This document shows positions 59,549 to 64,000 of a stretch of DNA of 64,000 bases, one piece after another; the stretch's first letter is position 1; every line of letters begins with the position of its first letter. Under the pieces are notes generated by a model. That model saw nothing but the letters and a program-made list of their open reading frames with translations. It made no database searches and was not told the DNA's origin. The stretch is from contig CALRQR020000012.1 of assembly GCA_943370375.1 (NCBI GenBank), positions 4,968 to 68,967 on the forward strand, read 5' to 3'. The translations under genes were made by a program, and so were the position numbers. The DNA is from Synechococcus sp. UW140. GTDB lineage: Bacteria; Pseudomonadota; Gammaproteobacteria; Burkholderiales; Burkholderiaceae_C.

Positions 59549-60292
59549 ATGAAGTGGCTTCGTTTTGTCTGGACCTTGCTGCGTGCGGTCGTGCATGCAG
59601 TGCAGGGCTTCTGGACCATCAAGACCGTTTTCCCCAAGCTGCCCAAAGCCGAGCAGGAGGCCCGCGTGCAGGCATGGGCCGGGGCGATGCTGCACATCGT
59701 GGGCATTGAGCTGTTGGTCCAGGGCACGCCGCCGGCGACGGGCCCGGTACTGCTCGTGGCCAACCATATTTCGTGGCTCGACATTCTGGTGATGCATGCC
59801 TCGCGCCACTGCCGTTTTGTGTCGAAGGCGGATGTACGGGACTGGCCTTTCGTGCGCACGCTGTCACACGGCGCGGGCTCCTTGTATATAGAGCGCACGT
59901 CGCGGCGCGACGCCCACCGCGTCGTCACGCAAATGGCGGACAGTCTTCGCGCGGGCGACATCCTGGCGGTGTTTCCTGAAGGCACGACGGGCGATGGCAT
60001 CACCCTCAAACACTTTCACGCCAACCTCATCCAGGCGGCGATTGAAGCGTCGGTGCCGGTGCAACCGGTCGCACTGAAATTTATTGACGCCGCCAGCGGC
60101 GAAACCAGCTTTGCGCCCAGCTATGTGGACGACGAAACGCTGATCGGCTCGATCTGGCGCACCTTGACCGCACCGCCCATCAAGGCGGTCGTCACTTTTG
60201 GCCAGGCGCAGGCCCCTCAAGGCCAGACCCGCCGGGTGTGGGCCGAGACACTGCGTGAGGACATTGAGCGCCTGAGGCAGACGCAGGGCTGA
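59549..60292 (+). CDS. plsC: 1-acyl-sn-glycerol-3-phosphate acyltransferase family protein
   Basis: HX4D motif (NHISWLD) and FPEGTT. The ATG at 59549 is 8 nt after GAGG; the listed start at 59540 is GTG. Confidence 0.85.
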   Translation: MKWLRFVWTLLRAVVHAVQGFWTIKTVFPKLPKAEQEARVQAWAGAMLHIVGIELLVQGTPPATGPVLLVANHISWLDILVMHASRHCRFVSKADVRDWPFVRTLSHGAGSLYIERTSRRDAHRVVTQMADSLRAGDILAVFPEGTTGDGITLKHFHANLIQAAIEASVPVQPVALKFIDAASGETSFAPSYVDDETLIGSIWRTLTAPPIKAVVTFGQAQAPQGQTRRVWAETLREDIERLRQTQG

Positions 60293-60310
60293 GAAGGGGC
60301 GCGAGGGCCG

Positions 60311-61420
60311 TCAGGTGGTTGCCGCTGCCGCGGCTGGCGCGTCGCCCGTTTCACGCGGAAAGGTCACCACATGGTCAACCTCGGCGCGAATCCCTATCCA
60401 CTCGCCCAGCGCATGGTTGTGGTGCGAAGGCACATGCGCCATCACGGTCTCGCCCGTTTGCAGCTTGAGCGTGTACAAAAACTCCGAGCCGCGAAACGCC
60501 TTGCGCACAATTTGCGCTTTGACCGGCGCATTGTCGTCATGCACGATGTCGTCGGCCCGCAGCAGCACATCGCACAGACCGCCGGCATAGGCGCCGGGCA
60601 AGGGGCATTCCAGCATGTCCGTCAGGTCGCCGAGGGCAGTGTGCACCACCACCTCGTCGCCGTGCTGCTCGATATGCGCCGGCGTAAACACGCCATGGCC
60701 GATGAAGTCAGCCACAAAGCGCGTGGCAGGGCGGTGATAGAGCACATAAGCTTCATCCCACTGGTGCAATTGTCCCTGGTGCATCACGCCGATGCGGTCG
60801 CCGATGGCAAAAGCCTCCAGCTGGTCATGCGTGACGAAGAGAGCCGTCGCGCCAGCCGCCTTCAGGATGCCGCGCACCTCATGCGCCAGACGCTCGCGCA
60901 AATCCACGTCGAGGTTTGAAAATGGCTCGTCCAGCAGCAGCAGGCGCGGCTGCGGGGCCAGCGCGCGCGCCAGTGCCACGCGTTGCTGCTGGCCGCCCGA
61001 AAGCTCATGCGGAAAGCGCTTGTGCACATTGCCCAGTCCGACCAGCTCGAGTACTTCGCTGACGCGTTTTTCGCGCTGGGTAGGCGCCAAATGGGTGAGG
61101 CCGAAGGCGACGTTGTGCGCTGCATCAAGATGCGGAAACAACGCGTAGTCCTGAAACACCATGCCGATGCGACGAGATTCAGCAGGCACATGCAAGGCGG
61201 CGCTGCTCACCACATCCTGCGCCAGCGCGATACTGCCGGTGGTGGCACGCTCAAGGCCGGCGACGGCACGCAGCAAAGTGGTTTTGCCACAACCTGAAGG
61301 CCCGATCAGGACCCCGATTTCCCCCGCCTGAAGGCTGAACGACACGCCGTCAACGGCTGGTTTGGAGCGGCCGGCGTAGTGCACGCCCAGCTGGGAGATA
61401 TCCAGAAACATGCAAATCAT
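60311..61420 (-). CDS. ABC transporter ATP-binding protein (FbpC/PotA family)
   Basis: Walker A GPSGCGKTT, signature LSGGQQQRVALARAL, Walker B LLLLDEP, and a C-terminal TOBE-like domain. An alternative start is at 61411. Confidence 0.9.
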   Translation of the reverse strand: MICMFLDISQLGVHYAGRSKPAVDGVSFSLQAGEIGVLIGPSGCGKTTLLRAVAGLERATTGSIALAQDVVSSAALHVPAESRRIGMVFQDYALFPHLDAAHNVAFGLTHLAPTQREKRVSEVLELVGLGNVHKRFPHELSGGQQQRVALARALAPQPRLLLLDEPFSNLDVDLRERLAHEVRGILKAAGATALFVTHDQLEAFAIGDRIGVMHQGQLHQWDEAYVLYHRPATRFVADFIGHGVFTPAHIEQHGDEVVVHTALGDLTDMLECPLPGAYAGGLCDVLLRADDIVHDDNAPVKAQIVRKAFRGSEFLYTLKLQTGETVMAHVPSHHNHALGEWIGIRAEVDHVVTFPRETGDAPAAAAATT

Positions 61421-61447
61421 TGTAGATGCTTACAATTCTCATTTGCA
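61411..61447. promoter_or_regulatory. imperfect nested palindrome in the divergent ABC promoter region
   Basis: TGCAAATC-ATTGTA-GATGCT-TACAAT-TCTC-ATTTGCA. It is AT-rich in a GC-rich genome and overlaps the ATPase start codon. Confidence 0.3.
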
Positions 61448-61548
61448 GTGACTGACTGCAAGACCATGGCGAACGCAGGCGGGGGCAGGGCCCCTTCCCG
61501 CGAGAGGCCTTTTTGTTAAGAACCTGTTCCCAGGCTTTCCGGGGCTCC

Positions 61549-63159
61549 ATGTTTCGCCGATATTTCCCTCCTGTTGTGCTCTTTTTGCTGGTCGGGCTGC
61601 TGACGCTGCCGGTGCTGGCCGTGGCCTTGTCGTGGCTGCAGTTCAACAGTGAAGCGCAATCCATCCTGCTGCAGATGCTGCAGACCGTGCTGCCGGACTA
61701 CACCTTCACTTCGCTGGTGCTGTGCCTGTGCGTGGCCTTGGGCGTGGCGGTGGTCGGCATGACCACCGCCAGCACGGTCACGTTGTTCGACTTTCCGGGT
61801 CGCCGGGTGTTTGAGTGGGCCTTGCTGCTGCCGCTGGCCATGCCGGCCTACGTTCTGGCGTATGCGTACACCGACTTCCTGCAGTACGCCGGGCCGTTGC
61901 AAACCTGGCTGCGCGCCAGCTTCGGCCTGCAGGGCCGGCTGCTGCCCGAGGTGCGCAGCCTGGGCGGCGCGGTGCTGGTGTTCACGGTTGCGCTGTATCC
62001 CTATGTCTATCTTCTCGCGCGCACAGCTTTGTCAGAGCGTGCCGTGCACCTGATGGAAGCCGCGCGCCTGCTGGGCGCGCCGCTGTCGCGCCGCATCCGG
62101 GGTGTGGCGCTGCCGCTTGCCCGGCCGGCTGTGGCGGCGGGTGTGGCGCTGGCCTTGATGGAAACCCTGGCCGACTTCGGCGTCTCCAGCTACTTCGGCA
62201 TCCAGACCTTCACCGCCGGCATCTACAAGGCGTGGCTGTCGATGGACAACCGCATGGCTGCGGCGCAATTGGCCACCGTGCTGCTGTTTTTTGTCGCGCT
62301 GCTGCTGTGGATAGAGCACAGCGCGCAAAAGCGCATGCGCTTTGCCACCGGCCGCGGCGCGCGCGCCGGCGCACAAGACGCCGCGCCCGTGCAACTGCGC
62401 GGCCTGCGCGCCCTCTCGGCCTGGCTGGTGTGCGCCGTTCCCATCGCGCTGGGCTTTGTGCTGCCGGTGCTCTTCATGCTGCGCCCGCTGGTGCTGGGCT
62501 GGGACAACCTGCTCTGGGACAAATTCATCGGCTGGACGCTCAGCAGCATCGGCCTGGCGGGCTTGAGCGCACTGCTGGCCACCGCGCTGGCCGTCGGCCT
62601 GGCTTTTGCGGTGCGCCGCCAGCCGGGCCTGCTCACCCGTGCTGCCGTGCAGCTGGCCGGCCTGGGCTATGCTGTGCCGGGTGCAGTGATCGTGGTCGGC
62701 CTCTTGCTGCCCGTGGGCTGGCTGCAGGCCGCCGCGCCGCAGACCGGCGCAGGTTATTGGGTTACGGCCACCATCCTTGGCGTGGTCTGGGCTTACCTGG
62801 TGCGCTTCAGTGCCGTGGCGCTGCAAAGCCTGCAAAGCGGTTATTCGCGCATTCCTGCCAGCTTTGACGACAGCGCGCGCATGCTGGGCACCAGCGGTAT
62901 GGGCATCCTCAGCCGTGTGCACTGGCCGTTGCTCAAGCGCTCGGTCGCCGCGGCCGGTTTGCTGGTGTTTGTCGATGTGATGAAAGAGCTGCCCGCCACG
63001 CTGGTGCTGCGGCCCTTCAACAGCGACACGCTGGCCGTGATCACCTACCAGCTTGCGCGTGACGAGCGGCTCGGTGAAGCCGCCTTGCCCGCGCTCGCGC
63101 TGGTGCTGGTGGGCCTGCTGCCCGTCGCGCTGCTCAGCCGCACGCTGCGGTCAAAGTAG
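61549..63159 (+). CDS. ABC transporter permease, duplicated-domain FbpB-type
   Basis: About 12 TM helices and two EAA-like loops (ALSERAVHLMEAARLLGA, DDSARMLGTSG). The start is at the ATG at 61549; the listed start is TTG. Confidence 0.88.
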   Translation: MFRRYFPPVVLFLLVGLLTLPVLAVALSWLQFNSEAQSILLQMLQTVLPDYTFTSLVLCLCVALGVAVVGMTTASTVTLFDFPGRRVFEWALLLPLAMPAYVLAYAYTDFLQYAGPLQTWLRASFGLQGRLLPEVRSLGGAVLVFTVALYPYVYLLARTALSERAVHLMEAARLLGAPLSRRIRGVALPLARPAVAAGVALALMETLADFGVSSYFGIQTFTAGIYKAWLSMDNRMAAAQLATVLLFFVALLLWIEHSAQKRMRFATGRGARAGAQDAAPVQLRGLRALSAWLVCAVPIALGFVLPVLFMLRPLVLGWDNLLWDKFIGWTLSSIGLAGLSALLATALAVGLAFAVRRQPGLLTRAAVQLAGLGYAVPGAVIVVGLLLPVGWLQAAAPQTGAGYWVTATILGVVWAYLVRFSAVALQSLQSGYSRIPASFDDSARMLGTSGMGILSRVHWPLLKRSVAAAGLLVFVDVMKELPATLVLRPFNSDTLAVITYQLARDERLGEAALPALALVLVGLLPVALLSRTLRSK

Positions 63160-63180
63160 GCGCAGCGAACTGCCTGGCCA

Positions 63181-63579
63181 TCAGGCCTTGGCTTTGATGT
63201 AGCGGTACTCCTGCGTCAGACCGCCAAAACCGTAGGCCTCGGCGCGCACGTCGTGCACGTAGATATAACTTTCTTCGTGCACATTGCCGAGAAGCCTGCT
63301 GAAGGCGGCAAACGCTTCGGCCACGTACTGCGCCTTCTCATCTTTGGTGTTGGTGCCGTCCACGACCTTGATGTCGAAATAAAAACTGTTCTTTCCCTGG
63401 CTGGCCAGTGTGCTGCCGCCCACGATCCAGTGCTCGGGCGGCACGAAATCGATCGCGATCGCGGTGAGTTCGCGCTTTTTGCGCAGGATACGCGTGGTCA
63501 GTTCCAGCAGGGTTTCGGCGATGTTGTGGGTCAACTCGGCGCTGGCGGGTTGGCTGACTTTGACGTTAAGGATAGGCAT
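63181..63579 (-). CDS. tautomerase family protein (4-OT superfamily, long form)
   Basis: MPILNVKVS with Pro-1. 132 aa. Confidence 0.8.
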   Translation of the reverse strand: MPILNVKVSQPASAELTHNIAETLLELTTRILRKKRELTAIAIDFVPPEHWIVGGSTLASQGKNSFYFDIKVVDGTNTKDEKAQYVAEAFAAFSRLLGNVHEESYIYVHDVRAEAYGFGGLTQEYRYIKAKA

Positions 63580-63607
63580 GAGATTTCTCCAGTAGAGGTG
63601 GTTAAAA

Positions 63608-63631
63608 ATATAGTTAGCTATGCAACTATAT
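63608..63631. promoter_or_regulatory. 8-N8-8 palindrome upstream of the tautomerase gene (candidate MarR operator)
   Basis: ATATAGTT-AGCTATGC-AACTATAT, 29 bp upstream of the tautomerase ATG and downstream of the marR-family gene. Confidence 0.35.
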
Positions 63632-63661
63632 GGGCAAAAAAAAGGACAAATGTACAGGGGT

Positions 63662-64000
63662 TCATTTCAGGGCGGAAGACACGCTCCTGACGCGGGCTAC
63701 GGTCTCATCGAAATTCTCCTTTCCGATCTGTTGCTGAATGCGGCGCGTGACTTCGCCGCTGGCTTTGTTGATGCCGGCGTGCAGGGATTCGGCCTGCGCC
63801 GTCGGGAAGACGGCCCAATGCCGGCCGTCGGACTCCAGGCTGCGGCGCTCCACGAGGCCGAGTGCCTGCAGGCCGTCCAGCAGCCGCGTGGCGGTGGGCC
63901 GAGAGATGGTCAGCTCGTCGGCGATCTCATGCTGCGGCATGCCGGGCTGCTTGAGCACCAGGCGCAGCATGAAGCCCTGCGACGGCGTGACGCCAAAGGG
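63662..64000 (-). CDS. MarR family transcriptional regulator (5' end outside window)
   Basis: wHTH PQHEIADELTISRPTATRLLDGLQALGLVER. The frame stays open upstream of the listed Met to the window edge (PFGVTPSQGF). Confidence 0.85.
   Translation of the reverse strand, partial: PFGVTPSQGFMLRLVLKQPGMPQHEIADELTISRPTATRLLDGLQALGLVERRSLESDGRHWAVFPTAQAESLHAGINKASGEVTRRIQQQIGKENFDETVARVRSVSSALK

Noticed and set aside
61411-61447. Fur box interpretation of the ABC-promoter palindrome.
   Set aside because: The best alignment to GATAATGATAATCATTATC gives only about 11 of 19 matches. I kept it as a generic operator candidate and did not call it a Fur box.

Overview
This is a GC-rich chromosomal segment with dense, mostly housekeeping gene content. 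Gene order (accC-prmA-DUF3426, dusB-fis-purH, algH-ruvX-pyrR-pyrB-pyrC') and remembered protein similarity suggest a betaproteobacterium, probably Burkholderiales/Comamonadaceae-like; this is inference, as no search was possible. I support about 55 CDS. They include nrdAB, a PP0621-PilS-PilR-like string, ffh, opgGH, a GlrK-QseG-GlrR-type sigma-54 two-component module, miaB, ychF, hemL, a complete Pil-Chp chemosensory cluster (pilG-pilH-pilI-pilJ-chpA), a pyrimidine cluster and an Fe/polyamine-type ABC transporter. A 53-aa rubredoxin gene is missing from the ORF track. There is one tRNA with a CAT anticodon. I saw no transposase, integrase, phage gene or CRISPR array. The most interesting signals are non-coding. 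(1) The glrR-opgG spacer holds an exact sigma-54 -24/-12 element, two TGTC-N10-GAC(A/G) GlrR-type palindromes and IHF cores, which implies GlrKR control of opgGH from an essentially leaderless transcript. (2) A perfect 52-bp inverted repeat between algH and ruvX contains the ruvX start codon, and one arm is split by a 107-bp nested palindromic insertion. (3) Two families of short intergenic repeats lie almost entirely in gene-3' spacers. (4) Several proteins look like catalytically degenerate enzymes: a GGDEF domain, an RsuA-like protein and PyrC'. Most long extra ORFs in the track are antisense or out-of-frame shadows typical of high-GC DNA.
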